A stretch of DNA of 64,000 bases from Nitrospirota bacterium (GTDB lineage: Bacteria > Nitrospirota > Nitrospiria > Nitrospirales > NS-4), in contig CAWBGA010000013.1 in assembly GCA_963788195.1 (NCBI GenBank), positions 1 to 64,000 on the forward strand. Direction: 5' to 3'. Positions 40,581-49,411 of the stretch are shown here, piece by piece; the first letter of the stretch is position 1, and the number at the start of each line of letters is the position of its first letter. The position numbers and the translations under genes were made by a program. The notes below the pieces were generated by a model. The model did no database searches. It saw only the letters and a list, made by a program, of their open reading frames with translations, and was not told where the DNA came from.

Positions 40581-40656
40581 TGGTGGCGGTGCCCCGGATT
40601 GAACGGGGGACCCGCGGCTTATGAGTCCGCTGCTCTACCAACTGAGCTACACCGCC
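40581..40656 (-). tRNA. tRNA-Met (CAT), elongator type
   Basis: GGCGGTGTAGCTCAGTTGGTAGAGCAGCGGACT-CAT-AAGCCGCGGGTCCCCCGTTCAATCCGGGGCACCGCCACCA; 76 nt, G1-C72 pair, encoded CCA. Confidence 0.95.
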
Positions 40657-40746
40657 AAGCCGAAGATGAACCGTGTTTTATAGCATGGCAGCATCAGCCC
40701 TTACAAATCCCCAACGACCCATTGCATTGCTGGACCTGAGTCAAGC

Positions 40747-40923
40747 TTATTTTTTTCTGTAAACGTTGAGGCCGATCTTTTCGTCGCGGTCCAGGACAGT
40801 GACATTACCCTCCGTGGAAGCAATGATAATATTCTTTCCGGACCCGGAGGGCCCGAATTCTTTGGAAAGGTCCACTTTGAGCGTAAGGATCGTGCCTTCC
40901 ACCGTCATTTCGATATTCTTCAT
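40747..40923 (-). CDS. Small hypothetical protein (58 aa, below the ORF-track cutoff)
   Basis: MKNIEMTVEGTILTLKVDLSKEFGPSGSGKNIIIASTEGN..IGLNVYRKK; GGAGG RBS. Confidence 0.8.
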   Translation of the reverse strand: MKNIEMTVEGTILTLKVDLSKEFGPSGSGKNIIIASTEGNVTVLDRDEKIGLNVYRKK

Positions 40924-41044
40924 CGCTCGTTGCCTCCATTTCTGTCTTGCTCACCGGGTACGCCATAAGGTCATGACGCCTTCGTCAGTTGTGAAACTGA
41001 AATCGGAACCTGCGGAGATCCGAGCGGCGAGCGGGCTTTACGGG

Positions 41045-41245
41045 CTAGTGTGGCTGCTTTTTATATCCCATCTTCTCCATACACTTATTGATATCCGTCT
41101 CGGCCGTGCGCGCGACATACCGCTCGCACTCGGCCAAATCCCGCTCTGCTTGTAACTCAGATCTGTCTGCGGGTGGGATCCACGTTTCACGTGCGGCACA
41201 GGCGCACAGTCCTACCAGCAGCGAAATCCAGATCCATCTCTGCAT
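41045..41245 (-). CDS. Small lipoprotein
   Basis: AAGGAGG RBS; signal with lipobox-like LCAC; ERDLAEC..INKCMEKMGY. Confidence 0.7.
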   Translation of the reverse strand: MQRWIWISLLVGLCACAARETWIPPADRSELQAERDLAECERYVARTAETDINKCMEKMGYKKQPH

Positions 41246-41326
41246 ACCAGCCCTCCTTAATTGAGAAATTAGCGTCCTGGAAGAATATAAAAGCTACGAC
41301 ACAGGTTATCAAGATTTCATCCACCG

Positions 41327-41465
41327 CCATTGCACCCGCCCTTCCCCGGACGCGTCAAGACGCGTCCTGTTCCCTTGGCCCGAGTTCGCCAAGACGAGCT
41401 CTTCCTCCCGTGGCCTGAAATCTTCTCGATTCCTTGCAGGGGAAGGCAAGGGGTGCCGCCGTACG
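41327..41465 (-). repeat. Minus-strand copy of the hairpin+G-rich repeat family
   Basis: Reverse complement reads GGCACCCCTTGCCTTCCCCTGCAAGG..GGACGCGTC-TT-GACGCGTCC-GGGGAAGGGCGGGTGCAATGG. Confidence 0.85.
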
Positions 41466-41513
41466 AGCGCAGGTCTAATCGTCTGAAGAGACCTAACGGC
41501 GAACTGACGGACT

Positions 41514-41717
41514 TCACCGGCAGGTCGACCGCCAGCGAGGCAGCGGACGAGTAGAAGCGGAGTCGGGAACGTGGTAGGATTCCATCTTATTTACTAACAG
41601 CGCCAGCGCATACCTGACGATTAACTCTTCGTCCTCTGTCAAGCCATGCTGAGCCTCGATCAGACTCAGAACCTCTTCAGTCGAAGCCGTAAATCCTCGA
41701 ATTGTCTGGGCTACCAT
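41514..41717 (-). CDS. Small hypothetical protein
   Basis: AAGGAG RBS; helical 67-aa ORF. Confidence 0.45.
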   Translation of the reverse strand: MVAQTIRGFTASTEEVLSLIEAQHGLTEDEELIVRYALALLVNKMESYHVPDSASTRPLPRWRSTCR

Positions 41718-41997
41718 AGCAGTATCTCCTTGTTCGCTTGCCCAGAAGCTATGCGAAGATGGTGCCAATTGCAGATGTATCAGAGATCATTGCTGATTTC
41801 GCGTATCACCAAACTCCCCATTAGATCTAGCGCGTCGAAATAGCCTCAAAACAGCCACCGAGTTGTATCATATTCGTCCGTGAAGGTATCCTTTCTGATT
41901 CTTTGGCACAGTGTTCTTTGTCCCAAAGATTTGCTAGCCTAGTAACAAGCGAAAAGGTAGGCCCGGAAACTCATTTGATGAAAACGGGGAAAAAGCC

Positions 41998-42477
41998 ATG
42001 TTGCGAAAACAAGTCCTTCAACACCCGCCATTAGCGACGACTACACCAGGAGAGATTCCAGTAGCTGCGGTTGCGACAGTGCTGGTGACATCCGAAACCG
42101 TGGAGCAGCCTATTGAGCACGTATTTGATACCCACCGGGGACCCGGAGGAAGTCGCTGGGAAGCCGAAGCGGCAGGCGAGCAGACATTGATCTTGGCGTT
42201 TGATGCTCCACAAAGGCTCAATAAGGTGACAGTGGAGGTAGAGGAAAAAGCAGTGAGCCGGACGCAAGTCTTAGTACTGGCCTTCTCCGACGACGGCGGA
42301 CAAACCTACCGTGAATTGGTCCGCCAGGAATATAATTTCAGCCCGCCGGCCACGACGTTTGAGCGCGAGCAATGGACAGTTTCAGCGGAAATGGTAACGC
42401 ATCTGCGGCTCTGGATTAAGCCTGATAAGGGAGGGAAGAGCTGTAAAGCCACACTTACGTCGCTCGTCCTACAGTAA
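41998..42477 (+). CDS. Discoidin/galactose-binding-fold protein
   Basis: IEHVFD..GSRWEA..EQTLILAFDAPQ..SDDGGQTY..VTHLRLWIKP. Confidence 0.7.
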   Translation: MLRKQVLQHPPLATTTPGEIPVAAVATVLVTSETVEQPIEHVFDTHRGPGGSRWEAEAAGEQTLILAFDAPQRLNKVTVEVEEKAVSRTQVLVLAFSDDGGQTYRELVRQEYNFSPPATTFEREQWTVSAEMVTHLRLWIKPDKGGKSCKATLTSLVLQ

Positions 42478-42482
42478 AAGAG

Positions 42483-42880
42483 TCAGCCGATCAGCGGCTC
42501 ATCGTCGAGTCGCTCCACGATGGTCGCCTCAATCCGGTTGGTAATGGTGGTGCGCCCCGCCTTCCGTGATTTGAAAAAGACTCCATAGACGTACACGCGA
42601 TCCCCGTTTGCGAGCTCGGGCTTGCCCTGCATGATGACGGTGACTGTTTCCGGCGTCTCCAAGCTGTCGCGCAATGTGAAGGTGTAAAAGGGACGGTTGC
42701 GGGGACCGGTCAGGGTCGTCACACTGCCGGCATAGCCCGTTACGGAGAGTCCCTGTTGCTGATAGTGCTCTCCGTGTTCAATGAGCTCTTTGATCGTTAC
42801 GGAAGCGTAGGCGCCGGGACATAGCCGGATAAGAGCCCTGCCGTAAGGAAGAGAAGGGCCTGCCGCCGAATCCAGCCCAC
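42483..42880 (-). CDS. Exported OB-fold protein, frameshifted
   Basis: Signal-like start; VTIKELIEHGEHYQQQGLSVTG..YTFTLRD..NGDRVYVYGVF. Confidence 0.55.
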
Positions 42881-42931
42881 CGTCCTTAGACTATCGCTGG
42901 TCCGTGGTGAAAGAAAAACGGCGAGTCGCTC

Positions 42932-44203
42932 TTACCAACGAGCGTTGCCTTCAGGGAGGACGTCAGTGCCCACGTATGGCCTTAAACGCTCTTGGAGATC
43001 CGCGAGTTGTGCCGCGGTCTCCTCCGCAGATACAACGGGGACGTCTTGGGGCTCGTCCTTGCGGGGCATGGTCACGCGCGCCTTGATGTTATAGAGGACG
43101 TCCACCTCTTGCGCCGAAGACGCTTCCTGAATACTTCGAAGCCGTACAAGGCACGACAAACACTGGCTCGCCAATGTCCAGAGTGGCCTTTCGTCTTCTT
43201 CAGATATCAGGTAGGTGGCGAGGCTGCGCAGCCGGATTGGGAGCCCCTTGCCGGGACCGCCATGGTCACATTGCTTTGGCTCTGCAGGAGGTGAAGCGGG
43301 AGGCAGAGACAAGAGAGTCTTTGACCACAGGTCTTCCTTCATCACGACAGCCTGCGTGCCGACGCCGTCGTTCTTACTGCCCCCCGCCAGCCTTCCGCCG
43401 ACGCCGGCATTGACGGCGGCAGCGTATTCGCCTCCCTGCATGGGAGTCTTCAATGTCGTGGCGATGGCCTGGACATATTTTTGAATCGCCTTGACGCGTC
43501 GGTTCATCAGCGGGGACTTCGCGATCCCCCAGATGGTTGCCAAATGCTCGTCTGACAGCGATGAGAGCATCAACGCCTGGCGTTGCTGCAAGGTCTGCGT
43601 AAGCCGCTTCTCCGCGCGCTCTTGGCGTCGGTGATGGGCCTGATATTCCAGGCTCAGACGCTCCTTGAAGTAGGCATCTTCTTCAAGCTCCTGCTTTTCC
43701 GCCCGGGCGGTCAGTTTCCTTAGGGAATAGGAGATAAGAGCCTGTCGCGCTTGCAAACGAAGTTCGTCCAGAGATTCTCGACTGTACTCGCAGTTGCTTA
43801 CCAAGAGGGTCTCAATTGCTTCTGTCTCACTCTTCAGGCCCTTGAGATAATCTGTCAGGAAGGTGATCTGAAGATCGAGGCGTTTTCGATGCTCGCGCAC
43901 CTCGGAGGCATACTGATGGACCTTGAGCTCAATGGCCGTCACCCATTCCTTCGGCAGAACAATCGTGCGATCATTCCCGAGCGCGACCCCTCCGAATCTA
44001 TGTCCCGCCGCCATGTTCGGCTCGCAACGCTCCTTTGCCATGAAGATAATATCTTCGGAGGTCGGATCGAGATACTGCAACATCAGCAGCCGAATCATGA
44101 CCCGCTCCACCGGCTGAAGGGAGGCGATGGCGGCGTCGATATGCTCGCGGCCCAAACCGGACTGTGTTTGCTGCGTTTGATCTGTCGAAGCGACGGTGGG
44201 CAT
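42932..44203 (-). CDS. Hypothetical protein with sigma4-like HTH halves, coiled coil and a CxxC finger
   Basis: 423-aa ORF whose start overlaps the upstream stop; see findings for the motif reading. Confidence 0.75.
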   Translation of the reverse strand: MPTVASTDQTQQTQSGLGREHIDAAIASLQPVERVMIRLLMLQYLDPTSEDIIFMAKERCEPNMAAGHRFGGVALGNDRTIVLPKEWVTAIELKVHQYASEVREHRKRLDLQITFLTDYLKGLKSETEAIETLLVSNCEYSRESLDELRLQARQALISYSLRKLTARAEKQELEEDAYFKERLSLEYQAHHRRQERAEKRLTQTLQQRQALMLSSLSDEHLATIWGIAKSPLMNRRVKAIQKYVQAIATTLKTPMQGGEYAAAVNAGVGGRLAGGSKNDGVGTQAVVMKEDLWSKTLLSLPPASPPAEPKQCDHGGPGKGLPIRLRSLATYLISEEDERPLWTLASQCLSCLVRLRSIQEASSAQEVDVLYNIKARVTMPRKDEPQDVPVVSAEETAAQLADLQERLRPYVGTDVLPEGNARW

Positions 44204-44415
44204 CAGGCGCCTCGCTGCTCAAGCTGCTGAGCGATATAGGTCGAAAGGTCGTTGACCGAACCGTGGGCGTAGATGGTATTGGGCACCTCGACGCAGATCA
44301 GCTTTTCCACTGAGACTCCCTGTTCTTGGGCATAGTCCTCGTCCACATAGTATTTGAAAGATCCATCGGGACGCTTCAATACATACAGTGGGGTGGTTTG
44401 TGGGGTAGTTTCCAT
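44203..44415 (-). CDS. Small hypothetical protein
   Basis: 70-aa ORF; TTGACA promoter element near 44475; TGATG overlap with the next gene. Confidence 0.7.
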   Translation of the reverse strand: METTPQTTPLYVLKRPDGSFKYYVDEDYAQEQGVSVEKLICVEVPNTIYAHGSVNDLSTYIAQQLEQRGA

Positions 44416-44479
44416 GCGGTTGCAGGGTTGTTGGATCCGTACATATGGATAACACGCGGTGTTTTACAGTGTCAATGAA

Positions 44480-44785
44480 GGGGGTCTCGGGAATCTGCGG
44501 TGGGTCTTGCCGCGATCGGCTGCTGCCGGCGCTCCGCCAAAACGACCCGTTGCATTAGGCCGAGCAACGGGTTCCCGGCAAGTCGCGCGCGCGTCTCTCG
44601 GGACAAGAGGCTGTCCAGGGGTTAAGGAGTCTGCTTGACAGACTCCAGGGTGGGTGGGTGCGATGGCAGCCTCGGGGCGGGCGGGTGCCAGCCTAGGATC
44701 GCTGTCACCCACAAGGCCCTGGTGTGTGGGACGGGAGGGTCTGAACAGGGGGGTCTCGGGAACCTGCTTCGTGGGTCCTGCCGCC
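44480..44785 (+). repeat. Composite repeat: hairpin+G-rich module between two ~33-bp direct repeats
   Basis: GGGGGTCTCGGGAA(T/C)CTGC..GTGGGTC(T/C)TGCCGC at 44480 and 44749; 44599-44690 is similar to 5108-5200. Confidence 0.85.
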
Positions 44786-44827
44786 AAGCACCTCCACCGG
44801 CTTCACGAAGCACCCGTTTCCAGAAGG

Positions 44828-45529
44828 CTATTGGCAGCTGCTGCCGAGTTCGGTCTTGCTTCGATCCGACGGCTTCACGCCCACGCTAAGGAGTTGATCG
44901 ACCACGTCCCGCCGAAATGAATCGAGATCCGAAGGGCTGCTCGATGCGTTGCGAGAAACCTCAACCATGGTCACGTCTCCTGGTAGGTGCCATTCCTCCA
45001 CCTTGAGCGCACCGGCTTTAAGTCGTGTCATTTTGTTCGTGCATCCCTTGGGTTTCGCCGCAAGGACTTTCGGAGGTTTGACCGGGCCTTTGTCGCTCTC
45101 GAGAGTGCAACTATGTGAATAGACGCGCCTTGTTTCACTTGGCCCCAGGATTGAGATGTCCACCTCGTTTTTGATTTCGGTCGGCGTATGCGAAATCGGA
45201 CACTGCCAAGCTGCAAGTGCATGATCGCCGCGATACTTGAACATGAGTTGATACTTTTTCTTTCCTTTTTTACGTTGCCGCAGGATGGACGTAAAGTCAT
45301 CGGGTGCGTCCTTCGGAGATCTAAAGCCAAAGTACTGAACTTCGTAGCTGTCAAGATCAGTCGGTTGTAGTCCCAGAACGTCCAGAGTATCCTCGGCAGT
45401 TTTCGGGCCGCCATCCTTGACGTTCCAGCGCATGGCGTACTCGGCTGGCTCTGCCGGCGCAGCTGTCGCTTGCTCGGCGACACTGCACAACAGCGAAAGG
45501 ATGAAGGTCAGCACGGATAAGATACGCAT
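44828..45529 (-). CDS. Exported hypothetical protein (possible CYTH-like fold)
   Basis: Signal peptide ending ATA-A; EYAMRW..YF..LRQRK..FKYR..NEVD..EEW..VEVS pattern. Confidence 0.6.
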   Translation of the reverse strand: MRILSVLTFILSLLCSVAEQATAAPAEPAEYAMRWNVKDGGPKTAEDTLDVLGLQPTDLDSYEVQYFGFRSPKDAPDDFTSILRQRKKGKKKYQLMFKYRGDHALAAWQCPISHTPTEIKNEVDISILGPSETRRVYSHSCTLESDKGPVKPPKVLAAKPKGCTNKMTRLKAGALKVEEWHLPGDVTMVEVSRNASSSPSDLDSFRRDVVDQLLSVGVKPSDRSKTELGSSCQ

Positions 45530-45766
45530 TGCGGATCCTGCATCGTGGCGAAGCGGACGAGATCTCATAGACCGTTAACCGTGGTGGTAGTCAGGCCAAC
45601 TACGAGAGTTCTGATCCACCCAGTTCGGCAACGATGTTGGTTCTCAGGTCGAAATATTTTGGAGAAATAGCAGAGGACTTCCGATATCACCTCACTTTTT
45701 AAGACGTTGTTATAACAGAGGCCAAAAGTAGAGTCTAGGAAACGTATAGCGGACTAATTAGCGACT

Positions 45767-45847
45767 AATTAGGTTCAGACTCGATTTTTGGATGCGACGT
45801 ATCCCCCAGTCCCCCAACGCTCAGAAAATTCGAGTCTGACCCTAATT
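45767..45847. repeat. Short inverted-repeat (REP/MITE-like) element
   Basis: AATTAGGTTCAGACTCGATTTTT ... AAAATTCGAGTCTGACCCTAATT, 23-bp arms with 2 mismatches. Confidence 0.8.
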
Positions 45848-45876
45848 GTTAATTGTTCATTGTTCCTCTGCGTCTC

Positions 45877-47256
45877 TTACGCCCCGGCGTGCCAACGCGT
45901 GTCATGCTCCCGCTGCGTTTGGCTGAGTACCTCGGGCTTATAGAAACGGTCGTAGAACGCCAGGTCCAGATGATGGGCCTGATGGGCGAGGATCGTGCGG
46001 AACGGCCCGTTGCTCGCAGGAAAGCGTCCATACCGCCGGTACACATAGTCGCAATAGGCGATGGTCGCCGCAATCGCACGGTCGGAATACGGTGGAATGC
46101 CGGCTTGGACCGTCGCGCCATCCTTCCAGCCGGATAGGGTTCCGCCGTCACGGAAGGCTCCCGTGCCGGTCGCATATTTGGCCTCCACGAAGGCCAACAC
46201 CGCCTCCTTCATCGTGGGATAGTACGGCGGACAATAGGGCTTGATCAGCACTTCCCCGTTGTGCTCCAGCCCGACCGCCGTCGGAATCGGTTGATCCTTC
46301 CCGAGCAGTCGTAAGAGGGCTGTTGTAACGGGTCCTGCGCCGATCGTGCGCGAGAGCGGCAGCGTATCCATCCGAAAGCCTAAGGCCTGAAACCACGCAA
46401 AGGGGTGCGCCGCGAAGTGGGGAAAGCCGCCGAGTCCAAGCGCCTGGGTCATGAGCGCGAGGTTCTGGAGAATTCCGCCTTGCTCGATCGCGGCGAATTC
46501 GCAGAGCCAGGTCTCGAAGAAGCCGATCGTCGCGACGAGGCCGCTCGCCGGATCGTCGGAGAGATGCCCGCCGCGCGAGCGGCCGAAGGCGCCGATCCCC
46601 GCAGGCCGGAAGCGGTCGCGTTCGTCCACAAGAAAGTAGCCGTAGTCTTCGCCGAAGGCCGAGAGCAGGACATTGATGTAATCGGCGCTGAACTCGTTGA
46701 CCGGGAGAAAGTAAGTGGTGCCTGGCAGATTGGCCGACCATTTGTTGAAGGGCGGAACAATCGGCTGCTGCCGAGGGACATCCACGCGGCGGTCGGCAAT
46801 GTGCACGCGGCTACGCTGGTAGAGGTCGAGAAGGTTCCCATCGCGCGCAGCTTGGAGCAACGAGGGGAGTTCCCGCGGCGCAAAATCTTGCGGCCGTTTA
46901 AGCATCCACGCGCCCTCGTCGTTTATGACGAAGACGATGACGTAGTGCAACGCATGGCCGCTGGCGACTGTGCGACCGATAAAGCGGATCATGATGTTGC
47001 CGCCGCCGGCCTCCGGGATTTGCCCCGTGTCGTAGGGCAACTCGGCCAGTGCGTAGCCCGTGATGCCGCAAGCTGAAAAGGCGAGCGCGGCTTCCTCCTC
47101 CTGCGACAGGGGATGAGGCCGGTGCGCACTTTGGTAGGCCAGCGGCCCGCCGTTCAACGTCATCCCCTTGCCGAACCGGCGTGAGCGCCGTTCCAAGAGC
47201 GCAGACAGGAGCGAATAGGTGCCGAGTCGATCATTCAGGTCGTTCTGCTGATCCAT
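45877..47256 (-). CDS. Nitroreductase-fold (SagB/McbC-like) flavoprotein
   Basis: ERRSRRF FMN-binding motif; RTVASGHALH; EQGGILQNLALMTQALGLGG. Confidence 0.6.
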   Translation of the reverse strand: MDQQNDLNDRLGTYSLLSALLERRSRRFGKGMTLNGGPLAYQSAHRPHPLSQEEEAALAFSACGITGYALAELPYDTGQIPEAGGGNIMIRFIGRTVASGHALHYVIVFVINDEGAWMLKRPQDFAPRELPSLLQAARDGNLLDLYQRSRVHIADRRVDVPRQQPIVPPFNKWSANLPGTTYFLPVNEFSADYINVLLSAFGEDYGYFLVDERDRFRPAGIGAFGRSRGGHLSDDPASGLVATIGFFETWLCEFAAIEQGGILQNLALMTQALGLGGFPHFAAHPFAWFQALGFRMDTLPLSRTIGAGPVTTALLRLLGKDQPIPTAVGLEHNGEVLIKPYCPPYYPTMKEAVLAFVEAKYATGTGAFRDGGTLSGWKDGATVQAGIPPYSDRAIAATIAYCDYVYRRYGRFPASNGPFRTILAHQAHHLDLAFYDRFYKPEVLSQTQREHDTRWHAGA

Positions 47257-47338
47257 GGTGGTCTCCCGTGAAACAGATGTCGTGGCGCGGGCAACCTACT
47301 CCACAGTCCTAGGCTTGTCCACCATCTGGTGCGTATTG

Positions 47339-47956
47339 TTACGGCGCGAAGCGTTTACGGCGCCAGAGGATGTAGGCGGTGAAGACGGCGAGCGAGACCA
47401 TGAAGATGATTCGGATGCGGTGGGGCGGGGGCAAGACGGCAAGATTTACCGCGGCGTTGATGACGCCGAAGCCCGCGTAGAGAAGATAGACGAACAGACC
47501 CCAGCGTTTGACGAGCAGGAATCCGACACCGATCAGGATGTGCAGGGTGGGGGATTGAGCCTTGGAGATGACGCCCCAGGCTCCGGGCAGCGCCGTGCCG
47601 AGAATTTTCAGCCCATAGTCCGGCCTTGCCTGGATAATGTAGAGATCGGTGAACGCGGTCAGCAGGAAGAGGAAGCCAATGGCCTGCAGGTCGAGACTCC
47701 CACGCGAGGGAAGCGGCAGGACGGGAAAGAGTGAGCCGGGGTTTGCCGATGTATAGGCATCATGGACTTGCCGCCCCCACCAGAAGATCGCTGCGACCGG
47801 GACGAGGCCGTACAAAAGAAACGGCGTGAAGGGACCGTCGAACGCATAGCCGAAGTACCAGGCCGCCGCGATCATCAAGCCGAGCGTCAGAATCTCCGCG
47901 GTCTTGATCCAGTGTCCCTTGACGGCCTGACCGAGACCTGGAACCAAGGCGGACAA
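47339..47956 (-). CDS. Hypothetical integral membrane protein; start uncertain
   Basis: SALVPGLGQ motif; about 6 TM helices. Confidence 0.7.
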   Translation of the reverse strand: MSALVPGLGQAVKGHWIKTAEILTLGLMIAAAWYFGYAFDGPFTPFLLYGLVPVAAIFWWGRQVHDAYTSANPGSLFPVLPLPSRGSLDLQAIGFLFLLTAFTDLYIIQARPDYGLKILGTALPGAWGVISKAQSPTLHILIGVGFLLVKRWGLFVYLLYAGFGVINAAVNLAVLPPPHRIRIIFMVSLAVFTAYILWRRKRFAP

Positions 47957-48013
47957 GATCGCCGCGGCCAGATATGGCTGACCTGGCGAAGGGCTGCTGG
48001 AGCGGATGGACGG

Positions 48014-48727
48014 TTATCCCCCGAGGGTGTCGAGGGCCTCTTTCAGGCTGCGGTGAATGCAGGTGAAGATGGGTGTGTCCCGCAACGTGTAGCGGCTGCC
48101 TTCGGTTTCCCGCAGTGCCATGACGAGATCCAGGAAATCCTCCGGCTTGTCGGTTTCGAATGCCACCACCCATTCCTGGTCGTCGAGGCCAAACGAATAG
48201 GTCGTGTTCAGCTTCACGGACGGGAACCGGTGCCCGACTTCGATGTGCTCATCCATCATGCCCTGACGGGCCGCCTTGGTAAGCAGGAACCAATCGCGAG
48301 TTTTCAAGAAGGGATAGACAAAGATGTACTTCCCTTTCCCCGGCACGATGGTGAGGCGCTTGCTCTCCTGGCCTTCATGAGTGTGATGGTCGACATAGAT
48401 GGAGCGCTTTGTCATGGACAGATAGGAGTAGGGCACGTGCAAGTACTTGCCGAGGCCGCTGGCCATCAGTTTCGAGCTCATCTCCTGAAACAACTCCAGC
48501 TCGTAGCTGATTCGCCACAGCATGAGATCGCAGTCGCCGCGGATTCCAACGGTGGAGTAGGGAATGAGCATCACCTTCCCGGTATAATCCTCCACGGCGC
48601 GCATGAATTCTTGTTTTCCCTGGGTCCGGTCTGACTCCGGCAAACGACGCCAGGCGGGGTCGACCTTTAAGAAGAGAAAGTTCACGAATTGGCGGCGTTG
48701 CGGCTGCTGCTGCTCCGGCCCTGCCAT
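48014..48727 (-). CDS. chdC: Chlorite dismutase family protein, probably coproheme decarboxylase (HemQ/ChdC)
   Basis: SYLSMTKRSIY, FVYPFLKTRDW, MMDEHIEVG, TTYSFGLDDQEWVVAFE, LRETEGS; no signal peptide. Confidence 0.75.
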   Translation of the reverse strand: MAGPEQQQPQRRQFVNFLFLKVDPAWRRLPESDRTQGKQEFMRAVEDYTGKVMLIPYSTVGIRGDCDLMLWRISYELELFQEMSSKLMASGLGKYLHVPYSYLSMTKRSIYVDHHTHEGQESKRLTIVPGKGKYIFVYPFLKTRDWFLLTKAARQGMMDEHIEVGHRFPSVKLNTTYSFGLDDQEWVVAFETDKPEDFLDLVMALRETEGSRYTLRDTPIFTCIHRSLKEALDTLGG

Positions 48728-49411
48728 ACCCTAACCTCCCGATCGTTCGAACGAAATAAAGCCCGATAACAAGCCCGTATCTCTAGCATCCGCGCGCGAG
48801 GATTGTCAATCCAGTCCAAGAGGTGGGTAACGCGACAGAATTGCGCCTCGACTACAAACAATCAAAACACAGCTGAGGACGGCGGGGCGACATGGCCCCT
48901 ACTCAAGCCTAGGTGAACATACTAAGAGGTGATTTACCATAGAACAGGGCTGCTCTATGGTTGCCGCGCTGCAAGTGGCAAAGGAAGACTTACATGGATT
49001 TTAGCGGACTGTTATTGCGTGATCGCCGCGCAGCTGTTCGACTCGGGGTGGTTATTGCACGGTGTCTTTGTTGGCGCCGGCAGGGAGGGTCCTGGCTGAG
49101 CCCGGTCAGGCTGCGGCACCGACTGTTGACGTTGACGCTCAGGCGCGTCGCCTAAACAGACTGGCAGCCCATGACGTACCACCGGTTGCGGTGCACACCT
49201 TTGGCCAGGCATCTGCAAATACAAGAAGAGGGGTAACGTGAAGATACTGATTGGCGTTTTCATGGACATGCTCCGAAACGTGGAGCTGAGCTGCTGGAGC
49301 GTGTCAGATCCCTATTCCGGAATAGCCGGATTGTCCGAGACCACGGCGGGTCATGAGCGCAAATGCAGTGTCGGAAAATCGTCGGTTCGTGAGGAGACCA
49401 CCTAAGGTGGT

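Larger units (their letters stand above)
37293..40628. mobile_element. Decayed tRNA-Met-integrated islet carrying katE
   Basis: Flanking direct repeats (tRNA and its 3'-half copy) plus a tyrosine-integrase C-terminal remnant next to the tRNA. Confidence 0.75.

Noticed and set aside
40581..40656. Initiator tRNA-fMet
   Set aside because: It has a G1-C72 pair and lacks three consecutive G-C pairs in the anticodon stem. tRNA-Ile2 is not fully excluded.
48014..48727. Functional chlorite dismutase
   Set aside because: No export signal, and hemY/hemH context favours ChdC; not proven.
49012..49269. Small Cys/Pro-rich ORF after luxR as a signalling or RiPP precursor peptide
   Set aside because: No recognisable motif or modifying enzymes nearby; coding status uncertain.
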